A stretch of 63,242 bases of DNA, filler included, from Thraustochytrium aureum (Eukaryota), in the NCBI GenBank assembly GCA_012862495.1. It is 4 parts of 4 records of this genome, joined end to end, with 100 filler letters (N's around TTAATTAATTAA, not from the genome) between each part and the next. Parts side by side here need not be neighbours in the genome. Positions count along the whole stretch, not along the records: positions 1 to 14,748 come from BLSG01000052.1; 3 more parts are not named here. One strand, 5' to 3'. Under the pieces are notes generated by a model. That model made no database searches. It saw nothing but the letters and a program-made list of their open reading frames with translations, and had not been told where the DNA came from. The first letter of the stretch is position 1; the number at the start of each line of letters is the position of its first letter. Positions 1 through 11,409 of this stretch are shown piece by piece. The position numbers and the translations under genes are program-made.

Positions 1-318
1 AAACGAAGCTCGGTTTTGGAAACGCGCTCGTCGCAGGCCACCCGGTCCCTCAGCGAAAGAAAGAATCCCATGAACGAGCCTTTTCCCGTATGCTAGTACC
101 CAGGTCAACTGACCCGCCTTGTCAGGTTGAGGCCGCCGGGGCCAAGCCAGACACGACGCAAACCGATGCTCGATTCGCGACTCGAAAGCAATCTCTCTGC
201 CGCTGGAGGCAACGTCACGTTGAGTGGCTCTCCGCGAAAAAGCAGAGCACAACTCAATCAAACCCGCATGCCATCTTTCGCTCGAGGAACTAAAATAAAG
301 GGGCTAAAGTACGCTCAG

Positions 319-1535
319 CTAGCACAACGGGGTCGCGCCAGCGAGCGGCAGCGCGCAGACGTTGAAGGGAAACCAAGTCTGGCTCGGCGGCGGAAGCGGG
401 TAGTTAATAAAAGTGTTGACCAGCCACAGGGCGAGGTCGAGGCGCGAGCTCGGCGCCACCGAGCCCGTTCGAGCCTCGGCCTCCCGGACGACCTTGCTGA
501 GAACGTCCTCGAGCTCGAGCATGCCCTCGCCAGTTTCGAGCTGCCGGCGAAACAGGTCAGCCGCGGCCTGGTCCTCAAAGCACCTTGCCCGGTACACGAT
601 CGAAATACGAAGGTCCGAGGTATTGTACGCGCGAATCCGCTCCCCGCTCGACACGAGGTCCCAACTGTCGTCGGCCGCGCGAAAGACCAACTCATTGCGC
701 TTGTTTTTGTCCAGGTACGGGGGCAGAACGTCGGGCCGGTACAAGGTCGTGGTGTGGACCGACTTGCTTCCGTCGATCGCGTTGCCGCTCCGGGGCAACG
801 GCGCCATGCGGCGCCCCTCGAGGTCGTCGGTGCGGTCCCAAAACACGAACTCGCCGAAGTTGGACGGGGCTTCGCGCACGGGCGCAGAGTCCCAGTCTGA
901 CGCGTACCCGACGACCTGGACCTGGTCCACGAACGAGTCTTGGAAGAGACCCGAGAAGTGCATTACCGCGAGCAACCACTGCGGGAACTGAAACCGCGTG
1001 GCACCAGTAAAGTAGACGCCGTCAACGTGCGTGGCGACGGTCTGGCCCGGCACCTGCACGATAAAGTTGAACTGGAACGGGTCAAGGTGCTGCTTGCTCT
1101 TGGGGCAGACAGCGCGGGCCGCGCCAAGGAAGGCCTTAGAGTTGAACAGCTCGCGGATCACCCTGTGGTCTTCCCGCTCCAGGTCGAACAGGTAGACGCC
1201 GAACGACTGCAGTCGCGAGAAGAGCTTGCTGAGGCTCTCCTTCAGGCTGTTGTACCCGCCCGTCATCGCGTAGGCGCGAGCAATGTCGATCCGGCCTGGC
1301 AGTACGCAGAGCGTGCGGTTCATGTTGGGCAGGAGGTAAGGGTGCGAGCAGGTCCCGCTCTCGCTCATCGGCTGGGCCTCGCCGATGTGTTCGTGCTTGG
1401 TCGTGTAAAAGCTCAGGTCCGCGCTGTTGCTCGGGATCGTCCCCTTGGCCTTGAGGAGGTTGAGCAGCTCGGTCTGGGTTTCGCGCCCGAACAGCTCCGG
1501 CACGAACACCGCGGGGTGGCCCAAGAGGTGCTCAG
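319..1535 (-). CDS. 2OG-Fe(II) oxygenase-like protein (5' end lost in gap)
   Basis: About 400-aa open frame. HxD motif (GQTVATHVDG), distal His (GSKSVHTTT) and a later Arg strand (DLRISIVYR) are typical of the DSBH 2OG-Fe(II) fold. Confidence 0.6.
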
Positions 1536-2171
1536 NNNNNNNNNNNNNNNNNNNNNNNNNNNNNNNNNNNNNNNNNNNNNNNNNNNNNNNNNNNNNNNNN
1601 NNNNNNNNNNNNNNNNNNNNNNNNNNNNNNNNNNNNNNNNNNNNNNNNNNNNNNNNNNNNNNNNNNNNNNNNNNNNNNNNNNNNNNNNNNNNNNNNNNNN
1701 NNNNNNNNNNNNNNNNNNNNNNNNNNNNNNNNNNNNNNNNNNNNNNNNNNNNNNNNNNNNNNNNNNNNNNNNNNNNNNNNNNNNNNNNNNNNNNNNNNNN
1801 NNNNNNNNNNNNNNNNNNNNNNNNNNNNNNNNNNNNNNNNNNNNNNNNNNNNNNNNNNNNNNNNNNNNNNNNNNNNNNNNNNNNNNNNNNNNNNNNNNNN
1901 NNNNNNNNNNNNNNNNNNNNNNNNNNNNNNNNNNNNNNNNNNNNNNNNNNNNNNNNNNNNNNNNNNNNNNNNNNNNNNNNNNNNNNNNNNNNNNNNNNNN
2001 NNNNNNNNNNNNNNNNNNNNNNNNNNNNNNNNNNNNNNNNNNNNNNNNNNNNNNNNNNNNNNNNNNNNNNNNNNNNNNNNNNNNNNNNNNNNNNNNNNNN
2101 NNNNNNNNNNNNNNNNNNNNNNNNNNNNNNNNNNNNNNNNNNNNNNNNNNNNNNNNNNNNNNNNNNNNNNN

Positions 2172-4705
2172 CAACGCTGCACCGACGCCAGCGGGCAGAG
2201 GAGGGCGCTCAACATTAGTGCTCCTATCCGGACTCATTACCCGGATAAAGAGCAACAACGACATCCAAGTAGCGAGCGGCGCGGCTGGGCCGAACACTGA
2301 GCCTTCCGACGCGAGCGAAAGCGTTGAAAACCACCCAGTCCAACTGCAGAAGGCCGCGCGCTCGGATGTTGCTCGCCATGCAGCAGTCAACGAGGCCCCG
2401 GGCTCTGCTAGTTGGCGAAACAAGAAAGAGCAGGTGGACTCAGGCTTGCAGGAGGATCGTGTGCGTGTTGTCTACCCCGAGATGAGCGCTACCTCATACG
2501 AACCGCGCGACACGGTCGGAAAGGCGCTCTTTGGCAACGCGTTTTCTCTTTGGTGTTTCAGCCTCTTTGTTGCGTGGCACAACGCCGCAATCATGCACAC
2601 TCTCTTCGTCGCAAGCGTGGTGGGGAGCACGGCAGTGTTTCATGTTCAAGGAAACTCGGCGCTGCACATTGTCATCCCATGCATGTGCATCCCGCCCGTG
2701 CTCTTGACGCGGTTTTTGTGCAGTACGCAACTGCTCAAGCTCGCATTGCTCCGCTTCGACACGGCCTTTGTATACCTCAACGTGGCCATCTATGCATACA
2801 CCTTTATTGGCTTGACGGGAGGGTCGATGCTAGCGTACTCGCTCCTGTGCTATGTTCCGACATGCCTCGCCATGCCCTTGCAAGACGGCCTCCCTTCTAC
2901 TTTTCGCAGCGCAACAGGAAAGGCGCTCGCCGCGCTTGTTCTTGCATTCGTTTGGCAATCGCTCGCCGTCAACCTGAACATCGTCGAGTTTGGCATCCCT
3001 TTTGAGCGCCAGCAGGCGCTTGTGCCGTGGTTCAACGCGGCCGTATTCAATTTGGCTTGGTGGACCTCCTTTTACGTATTTCGCGCCGTCACTGACAGGA
3101 ATAGGCTCGTCGTAATCCGTACGAGGTCCGCGTCGCGAAAAATGTCCAGCAGGGCCTTTGAGGTGCTCGTGGCCGGTCAATCCTGGCAAGTCAACCGGAT
3201 CGCATCTAAAACCGGGAGCTCGCGCAAGTTCAGCCCGCTCTCGAATGCGGGCAGCGGGGGGCAGCCACGGCAAAGGGCCTCGGTTGGCAAAAGAGCCGCG
3301 ATGATCAGCAAGGCGACTTCAACCCTGGCCCTTGCAGCTATGGAACATGCAGCCCAAGCGCAGCTCCGGGAGAGAGACGTCAGCGAGGCGCACGCCTACC
3401 TGGACGAGCTCGACCTGGGCGACTNNNNNNNNNNNNNNNNNNNNNNNNNNNNNNNNNNNNNNNNNNNNNNNNNNNNNNNNNNNNNNNNNNNNNNNNNNNN
3501 NNNNNNNNNNNNNNNNNNNNNNNNNNNNNNNNNNNNNNNNNNNNNNNNNNNNNNNNNNNNNNNNNNNNNNNNNNNNNNNNNNNNNNNNNNNNNNNNNNNN
3601 NNNNNNNNNNNNNNNNNNNNNNNNNNNNNNNNNNNNNNNNNNNNNNNNNNNNNNNNNNNNNNNNNNNNNNNNNNNNNNNNNNNNNNNNNNNNNNNNNNNN
3701 NNNNNNNNNNNNNNNNNNNNNNNNNNNNNNNNNNNNGACCTGGGCGACTCTTTGACGGTGCGCCTTCTATTGCCAACGACGATGGCGTTCGCGATCAACA
3801 CATCGGACACGGTTGGGCGTCGGCTCTTGGGGCCAAAGGTTGCTGATTGGGCCAACCACGCCCTGAAAGACAGAGGGAAAGCGGCGTTGAGCATTGCCAT
3901 ATCCGTTTCTGCGGTCATTGCCGCGCTCTGCAATTATGCTCCGGCGCTGCACGGCTCGATTGCGCTGACCGTCCTGCAACTCTGCATCTTCGGGCCGCTT
4001 CTCGTCGCCTACCTCAACCTGTCCGCGGTGCTGGTGTGGATGTGTTTTCGCCGGCTCGAGAACGCGTTCCTGATTCTCAATGTTGGCGTCGTTGTCGTCT
4101 TCCTCTTGGCGATGAGTCGGTCGGCGAGCTCTGTGCTGAGCGCGATCGTGCTGGGGTCTGCCATGTTCCTAGGCGTGGTGGCGGACGCGTTTCCAGGGAA
4201 CATGCGCCACCAGTGGCTCCACGTGTCCTGGGGCCTAATGGTCCTTGTGCTTTTGCTTCTCGCAGTCGGCGTCGTCGCAGACTTGCTCGTAGTTGGCTTC
4301 GAGCCTGTTTTGATTCTGGGGCGCGAATTCCCTCCTGAAAACATGATTTCGTGCATCATAAACACGTGCTTCTTCGGCACCAAGTATGCGATCCTCGCAA
4401 AGCAGGCTCCAGACACGCTCGTTTCTCTGGAGGCCGACGTCGCCATCGTTCGTGTCCCGTTGAACCTGGCAAGGACGCTCAGGGCCTGTACGCCGGAGAG
4501 AATTTGGCACGCCATCAGCGTTTCTGGCGTTGGCGCCGAGTCTAGCGGACGTGCAAGATCGGTTTCTGGGGCGCCGAAAGGCTCACTGGTCGAGGAGGAA
4601 GAGGGAGGAGAGGAGAGTGAGGACGGGAGCGGGAGCAGCGGCAGTGGAGGCAAGGCAGGCCAGGCAGTCAGTCCCAGGGGGGGGCTAGCTCACAGTTTGT
4701 TGTAA
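2172..4705 (+). CDS. Multi-pass membrane protein made of two homologous hydrophobic halves
   Basis: Two hydrophobic blocks share motifs (DTVGKALFG/DTVGRRLLG; RFDTAFVYLNV/RLENAFLILNV; QDGLP/ADAFP). The 13-mer GACCTGGGCGACT lies on both sides of the 3425-3736 gap and joins the halves in frame. Confidence 0.7.
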
Positions 4706-4759
4706 ATACAGGTTCTTTGGTTGGTTCCCACTGTGTAATCTCCTCGGCACATGTCAGCT

Positions 4760-5794
4760 TCAGCACATGTCAGCCCAGCAAAGCTGCTTCCCATCCCCGC
4801 TAAATGGGCCTTCTTGGGCGCCCTGCGGCTGGCCCTGCGGCTGGCCTTGCGGCGGCTCGAGCGGCCCATGTGCAGCAAACGGAGAAACCGGTTCGAGAAA
4901 GCCGCGAAACTGCGTCCCGGTCAGGTTCCAACGCGCCCCGTACCCGTTTACATGTCTGATCTCCACGATCGGCAATTGGGTGCGGTTCCCAGATGGAACT
5001 ACGTGGACGTTGATCCATGCGGCTGACGTGAGGATACTGCGCAGCGTGTCCATCGCGCGCTGGTTTTTGTCTGCATCGCTTCCCACGACAGGTGGCCAAA
5101 ACGTGTTGCTGCGCGGCGCGTGCTTGGTATATGCGCGCGCTCCAACGCTCAGCCCCGACGCTTTGTGCCTCGCGTTGAAGGAGTGAAGAAGTGTTGCAAT
5201 TGGCGGGCACAGCGCGTCGACGGTTCCAACCGTAGACCTGTGCCCGAGAAGAAAAAGCACGCCAGGTTTGTGCAGCGCTTCGAGCACTGCGTCGACAAGA
5301 GGCGCGAACCTGCTCGGGCACCCATCACTGCTTTCGCCAAGTGTGGCCACGAGAACGGCATAGGCTGCAAGGACCTTGCGCCCCATAGTCGCCATGTTGG
5401 GCAGGCGCTCTACCACCCCCGGGACGCAAAATTCTTCGAAATTGCGCTCTGGTCGTTTTCGCGTTTCAAACCACTCGTCCAAGCGACGTACCAGGGCCCG
5501 GAGCGCCGGTCGCGAGCTCCAGATAAGGTCCAGCGAAAAGAGTGCGTCCGTGGGGTCCACCGAAAACGCTGGCGACTCGTGCGACTTGCCCGAAATCTCC
5601 ACGCTTTGGGCTGCGAGTGCCTCTGCAAGCTGCCGCGGGATGCCAATGCTCGTACACTCCGTCGCCCACTCGTTTTCCTCCGTCTTGAGCGCCTCGTGTA
5701 GCCGCGCCAGCATGGCTACCTCCACAGCCATGCGCCTTCGCCGCGTGGTTTCCGAGTCGCCGGCCTCAGAAGAGCCTGGCCCGGCGTCCTCCAT
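4760..5794 (-). CDS. Conserved protein with C-terminal RAxxKH...GYGARW...FRGFLEP domain (toxin-nuclease-like / plant ASCH-protein C-terminal-like)
   Basis: Motifs GLSVGARAYTKHAPRS, GSDADKN, WINVH and VEIRHVNGYGARWNLTGTQFRGFLEP; ATG at 5794; PQGQ repeats at the C-terminus. Confidence 0.65.
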   Translation of the reverse strand: MEDAGPGSSEAGDSETTRRRRMAVEVAMLARLHEALKTEENEWATECTSIGIPRQLAEALAAQSVEISGKSHESPAFSVDPTDALFSLDLIWSSRPALRALVRRLDEWFETRKRPERNFEEFCVPGVVERLPNMATMGRKVLAAYAVLVATLGESSDGCPSRFAPLVDAVLEALHKPGVLFLLGHRSTVGTVDALCPPIATLLHSFNARHKASGLSVGARAYTKHAPRSNTFWPPVVGSDADKNQRAMDTLRSILTSAAWINVHVVPSGNRTQLPIVEIRHVNGYGARWNLTGTQFRGFLEPVSPFAAHGPLEPPQGQPQGQPQGAQEGPFSGDGKQLCWADMC

Positions 5795-5885
5795 TCTCAC
5801 TCCCGTTCAGGTTCGTCCACGGGCAAGCAAGCCGATCTCCTGAAGCCTGAACGAGAGCTCCACGACACAAACGGTTTCGCACTGT

Positions 5886-6055
5886 GCAGTCCGCTCAATC
5901 AAATCGATTGATGAGGGTCTGCCTTCATCGATGGCGAAGCAGCAGAAGCAGAAAGCAGCAGAAGCAGCAGCAGAAAGCAGCAGAAGTGCAGAGCACTCGC
6001 CGCCCCGCGTCTGCAGTCCGCTCAAATCGATCGAGGGTCTGCCTGCCTGCCTGCA
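5886..6055. repeat. Imperfect ~35-bp direct repeat flanking a (GCA/GAA)n low-complexity tract
   Basis: GCAGTCCGCTCAA..ATCGA..GAGGGTCTGCCT at about 5886 and 6013, with a GCAGAA-rich tract between. Confidence 0.6.
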
Positions 6056-7037
6056 TCAACGGCACAGCAGAGCANNNNNNNNNNNNNNNNNNNNNNNNNN
6101 NNNNNNNNNNNNNNNNNNNNNNNNNNNNNNNNNNNNNNNNNNNNNNNNNNNNNNNNNNNNNNNNNNNNNNNNNNNNNNNNNNNNNNNNNNNNNNNNNNNN
6201 NNNNNNNNNNNNNNNNNNNNNNNNNNNNNNNNNNNNNNNNNNNNNNNNNNNNNNNNNNNNNNNNNNNNNNNNNNNNNNGGTAGGGTACACACCCTTGCCA
6301 GTCGCACGCGAAACATCCATGTCAGAGCGATCTGGGAGCGATCCGAGAACGATACACCTCGAGCCGTTTCGTCTTCGAAAGTTGACGAACGCACTTGATG
6401 CTGTGAAGCCGCCACCGGGCGAGGGCCTGCTCGCTCATCATTGCGCGAGCCTGTTCTTCTCTCATCAAGCTCTGGTTCGTACGGGACCGGTCTGGGTCCG
6501 CTTGCTCCATGGACCATCAAGGTTGTGCATTCTTTTGAGGTCTGCTCACGTCCACCAAACGGGGCTGTGTACTAGCCTTCCATCGGGCAAGACCGCGCGC
6601 GCCTCCATCAGCGCTGTCGGAGGTCGTCGAGCTGTGCCGTTTATTGTGAACAAACAGGAGGCCTGACCGCCCTTCCTTCCTTACCGTGCGGCTCGTGTCC
6701 AAGGCCGCCGTCAGTTTGGCACTGTCTCGCGACTTGCCCGCTTGCGAGCTCCGAGGTCGGGCGTGCCAGCGTTCGGGTCTACGACGCGTGCTTCTTGACG
6801 CATACGAGCGAAGGCGTCCTCTGGCCTTTTCCTGTGGCTGTTGTAGACAACTCGAGTGCGGTACACGCTCGATGCACGAAGACTCTTGCGGTTGTTTCGA
6901 TTCTTGAGAACGAGCGCTTCGAGGCCGGTTGACGTGGAAAGGGTTTTTAATTTTAAATTGCTTGTGTTGCCTTGGGAGCCAACAGAGATGACTGGGCAGC
7001 GCGAAGACTTGGACTCCCACAGGGGGGCGCGATCGAC

Positions 7038-8140
7038 CTACAATGGCTTTGCTCTTTTGTTGGAACGCACGCCCCCCCCCGTGTTCAGTGGAGGATGCTT
7101 GTCCGGGTCACAAGCGCCTTTACTACCATAGTAGTCTATGTAGCGGCACTCGGCCGCGTTTGCGGCACCCATTTCCGTTTTGAAGGACCCAACGTTTTCG
7201 ATACGTTTGTCGATCCAAGCTCGCGCAACCCAGCGCTTGTCACGCTTGTGCCACGAGACGCCGCGGAATGTTGACGTTGCATTGACAGTCTTGCGGCGCT
7301 TGCGGACGGTTTTGTGCTTGGCTGCAGAGTCTGGCGTTTGTCGCTGCACGCCGACCGTCTCTTTAGTCACAGAATCGGTGCCACAGTTCACGGTTTCCGC
7401 GGACCTTCGGGGAGATCGACTACCTTGAGCCGGCTGCACCTGGCCCTGCATGGAGTGTCGCTGCTCAAAGGATATTTGGTTTACATGGGTCTGAGTGTCT
7501 TGTTGATGCGCCTGCTGCAGGAACGGGGTTTCGGCACAGCAAGGCCCCAATGTCGCCTGCTGGTGCTCCCGGGTACGGGCTTGCTGCAATGCAGCAACCA
7601 TCTCGCAGAGTAAAGAAGGATTGCCATGCCGGTTGACAAAGGCCTGGTGTTGGCTTTGGTGTTGGTAGTCATGGTGCTGGTTCTGCGGGCAACGCTGATG
7701 GGAAAATCTTGCGGGTGCTGCACTAAGCCAGCCAGCTGGGCCAGCACATCGGGTGCCCCGCTAGATGAGCTCTGCTCTAGGAAGATCCGGTTGTTGTGGT
7801 TTGCCCTCATGATGCTGGGTGCCGACCCAAGTGGCACCGTCACGAGCCTTTGAAGAGGCGAGTAGAAGATGTGAGCGTATTGATGCTGTCCATGGCACAC
7901 CGTCTGGTCAAAGGACAGCAACCCAAGTTGCTGGTCACCTTGCAGCCTCTGCATAAGCTGCTGATTTGGCGCACATGCCAATTGTTCGAAGCCGAACTGC
8001 TGGGACTGGTGACTGTTGGAGCACCCGTGGTCACCCGTTTGCTGGTTCTGCGAGTCGTACGATTCAATCCGCGCAAAGGGTGGGGCATTGTAGCCAAGTA
8101 TGTGGCCATCAGCCACCCGCACTGTCGCTCCTAGCCACAT
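7038..8140 (-). CDS. AP2/ERF-domain DNA-binding protein with Gln-rich N-terminal region (frameshifted; start uncertain)
   Basis: STFRGVSWHKRDKRWVARAWIDKRIENVGSFKTEMGAANAA matches the AP2 consensus and follows a basic KTVRKRRK NLS-like motif. A Q-rich upstream ORF lies in another frame. Confidence 0.7.
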
Positions 8141-8374
8141 ATGCGCTCCGCCCGACGAGTTGGGCCAGCCACAACCACCAAGCTCCCTTCTTTCTTTCTC
8201 ACCTTGCGCTTCGGTTCTCTGCTGCTTGCACTTCGGGGTTTGGCTCTCGACCTCTACGTGTAGGGCCGAGTCCAACAATCGTGGCAAAAGCCGGGTGGTG
8301 TCGAGACTAGAGAGTGATGAGCCTGGGAACGTTGACGACAAAACGATCAGGAATCGTAATGCGGTCACCAGTCC

Positions 8375-8443
8375 AGATCCTACTCGACGGAGATGCTACT
8401 CGACGGAGATGCTACTCGACGGAGATCCTACTCGACGGAGATC
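8375..8443. repeat. 16-bp tandem repeat x4 (AGATSCTACTCGACGG)
   Basis: Units at 8375, 8391, 8407 and 8423, plus a partial fifth; no spacers. Confidence 0.9.
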
Positions 8444-8829
8444 ATCGACGCGGTTCGGGTGCTCGGGCGGCAGTCGGGCGGGGCCACTTGGGGGAATTGC
8501 ACATCATTTCCCTTGTGCTACTCTTTTTTTGTACATCTTTTTTTTCGCGCGTCGACGCAAAGCACCTGCAAATCCTCCTTGATCTGCACCGCTCCGCGTC
8601 ACCTCGGTCGACGGTAGGCTCTCCGCTCCCCCCTCGCCTTCGCTGCACGTCCTGCCGCCGCCCTCCCCTCGTCGCGCGCGTGGGCCATGCTGCACTTCGC
8701 GTCTCGCCGCGTGATCAGTGTCTGGACTCGGAAAGTCAAAGTGGTGAAATGCCCTCCCCATTTTGCGATCGAGCACCTTGGATTGCACTTGATTTCAAGC
8801 CTCAGTACTACTCTCTAGAGAGCTAGAGG

Positions 8830-10600
8830 GCAGGCAACAGCCAGCGACGGGAAAGCGGCGGAGGCCGTGTGCTGAAAAGAGCCGCCAGACCAGTTCCATG
8901 GAAACCAGACTGGCAACCAAAAGCGTAACAATGGCGCAGCGCCTGACGGATGTCGGCCTAGCGATGGTGACATGATGAAACGTCCGCGACAAACTCGGTT
9001 TGACGATTACCCTTGGATCGAAATAGTTGCACCAAGCAAGGAGCAACAACCTCTTCGTGGAGCAGCCGGAGATAACCAACGGAGGCCTGCGTGCCCCAGC
9101 CACCAGTGGCCTCGATCGTGAAGGGTAGCAAGATCTTGCCGGCGAGCGACACGCTCGCTGCATCGTTGTTCACGAATCGCCGCGGCGCAGCCAACCTGCC
9201 CCGCGCGGGTGAGGTAAGGGTGGGCAGGAAGGGGAGTCCAGCGCTCGAGGCCCGTCGATCAGGTTGACCCGGCTCCCAATGCGAATGGTCCGGTTCATCC
9301 GCCATGCCTGACACAGTCGAGAAATCCACTTGGCATTGCGGGGAGAGCCGCACCTGGAACACCATCTGATTTCGCGAGGGCGCCTGGGCGCCCCGCGAGA
9401 TCTCAACGTCCGCCCGCTCATAGTTGGAAACGTTGGTCAGGGGCTCGAAAGCCACCGCGGGGCGAGTGAAACGCCGCATGAAAGCAACGATAGTCCGACA
9501 GGCCGCAGTATGCCCCCCAGACGCGGCCTGCGTAGATGCACGACAGCGCGTGCCACCCGCCAGGCATGGGCCACCCGCCAGGCATGGGTTTGCAAGGGCC
9601 CTCGGGGTCCGCTAAAGAATGACAACGGCATAGCATGTCCGGGGCATCCCCAGGGAAGCCAAGGGAGCCGGATAGCCATGTTGAAGGCCCACTCCTCGTT
9701 GGTGAATGGTGTGGTTGGTATCATCCACCGGCAAAGTCTCGAACGTCCTCGCTGCAAGCATACCAGAACCGGCCACAATGCTGTAGTGACGCTCGATAAC
9801 GCGTTCGTGGATGGCTACGGGAGACGGTTGCAGAGAGTGGGCGTGAAGGCTCAGCCAATGTCGGCAAGCAGACGAGCACGATGGGTGCGCATGAGACCAC
9901 CAGTCAAATTGCGTTGCGCGAGTGCATTGGCATTGATTGGCCTTAACGAGAACCAGATGCCGCGCTGTCATGGGCAGCTCGGCTGTCGCACTACGATGCG
10001 TTGGAATCACCTCGCAGCAAAAAAAGGGTGCATCCACAGATTCCACACCAACATCCACAGAAATTGCTGTCTGCCAGAAATGCAAATGGCCAATTCGCGA
10101 GCCCCCGGCACGCAAAATCTTGCACCCTCGCCTCCGCATGGTGCCGTGACGAGCTACATAGATGTGATGCCCGCTGGAGCTCGAGCGTCAAACCTAACCA
10201 AGTGTGGGGCTCGTCTTGGCCCTCTCCAGCGTGTCGCCTCCGTGGCGCGCCGAGAAGCCCCAGCGAGGCGCCACAGTTGGTGCTGCCTTGGGGGTCGGCA
10301 GGGCCTTGGTTCAACTCTCGGAGGTCACTTTTGGCGCAGCGTAGTTGCACAACCACATGGACTTCTCTTGGAATGTCGCTCTTCGTCTTGCGCTCGTTCT
10401 GCGCCAGCGCAAGCGACAACGGGTCGAAACCACACTCGAAATGCGCACTCGAAAGCCAGGAGGCCAACCCGCACGCAGAGCCAGGCCCCAAGCCTGCGCT
10501 CGCCTTGACGAATACGTTCTTCGCGCTGTCGACACGACACCCCTGTGCGGAAGGAAAACAACTGGCAGTGCAGCGCCTCTGCGGGCAGCGGAGTCTGGAC
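8830..10600 (-). mobile_element. Degenerate, internally deleted RLE-type (CRE-like) non-LTR retrotransposon
   Basis: Broken frames read in order: early-RT-like remnants (GPGSACGLASW; CGASLGLL...EPHTWLGLTL; QTAISVDVGVE; LVLVKAN), then RWMIPTTPFTNEEWAFNMAIRL, HALSC (zinc knuckle), FEPL...ERAD, VDF, and ILLPFTIEATGGWG (restriction-like endonuclease). Confidence 0.6.
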
Positions 10601-11036
10601 GACATCGAGCGTAGACCATCGTTCGCAACTGCGTGCAGGGGTTGAGGGAGTAGGCAGAGTACATCCTACGCAAGGCGAAGTGGGGGAAACCTTCTCGAGT
10701 ACTACATGCATTCTCTCGAACTTGTGCTCACCTGCTCTGCAGGGGCCGGCCTCGAATCAGTCCAGTCCGCCCAGCGCGCCTCGTCAGAGCGCAGCAAAGC
10801 CGGCGATCCCACAGCCGGCAAGCTCATCGAGCCGCCCCATCAACGAAGGCCAGCACTACTTGTAAACTCGAGTACGTTGTAAGTAGGCCCATCATGATGT
10901 CCTCGTTTGAACGTTTGTCTCGACGAAGTACAACAGAATGTTCGCCTGCTACTGCATACTCCGATGCAACCGCGCAGCAGCAGCAGACCCGAGTCGTCCA
11001 GCGACGTTACGCGCATCCGAATCCGCAGGCCGCCGC

Positions 11037-11106
11037 GCGCTTTCGCTGTCGCGCTTTCGCTGTCGCGCGCTCGTTGCCGCGCTTTCGTTGTCGCGCTTTC
11101 GGTGCG
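11037..11106. repeat. Short imperfect tandem repeat (GCGCTTTCGCTGTC)
   Basis: About 5 degenerate 14-bp units upstream of the cNMP gene. Confidence 0.7.
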
Positions 11107-11409
11107 CTTTTGGTGGGCTTTCGGCGGGCTTCTGGGCGACATTGCGTGACATTTTGCGCCTGGTGTGACCTGTCCGGCCCCTCGGGCTGTCTCAGCGCAC
11201 CGGGCACTCTGCTCCCGGCGAGCGCCTGTACGGCCGCCCGCCAGCTCGCCTGGACGCGCGCGCGTTGGTCTGCGGCTCGGCAGGTCTGGCGGCTCGAGGC
11301 CGGGCGAGCAGACGGCCTCGTCGGCCAGGCTTGCTGGTGAGGTCACTGCGTGACACCTTGGCGAGCGGGAAAGGGCGGAGAAGAGCCTCGGCGGGCAGTC
11401 TCGGCAGGG

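Noticed and set aside
940..3846. Very long ORFs spanning N gaps
   Set aside because: Artefacts of translating through Ns.
8375..8443. CRISPR-like array (also 43355-43445 and 55970-56026)
   Set aside because: Head-to-tail units without unique spacers, no cas genes, eukaryotic context.
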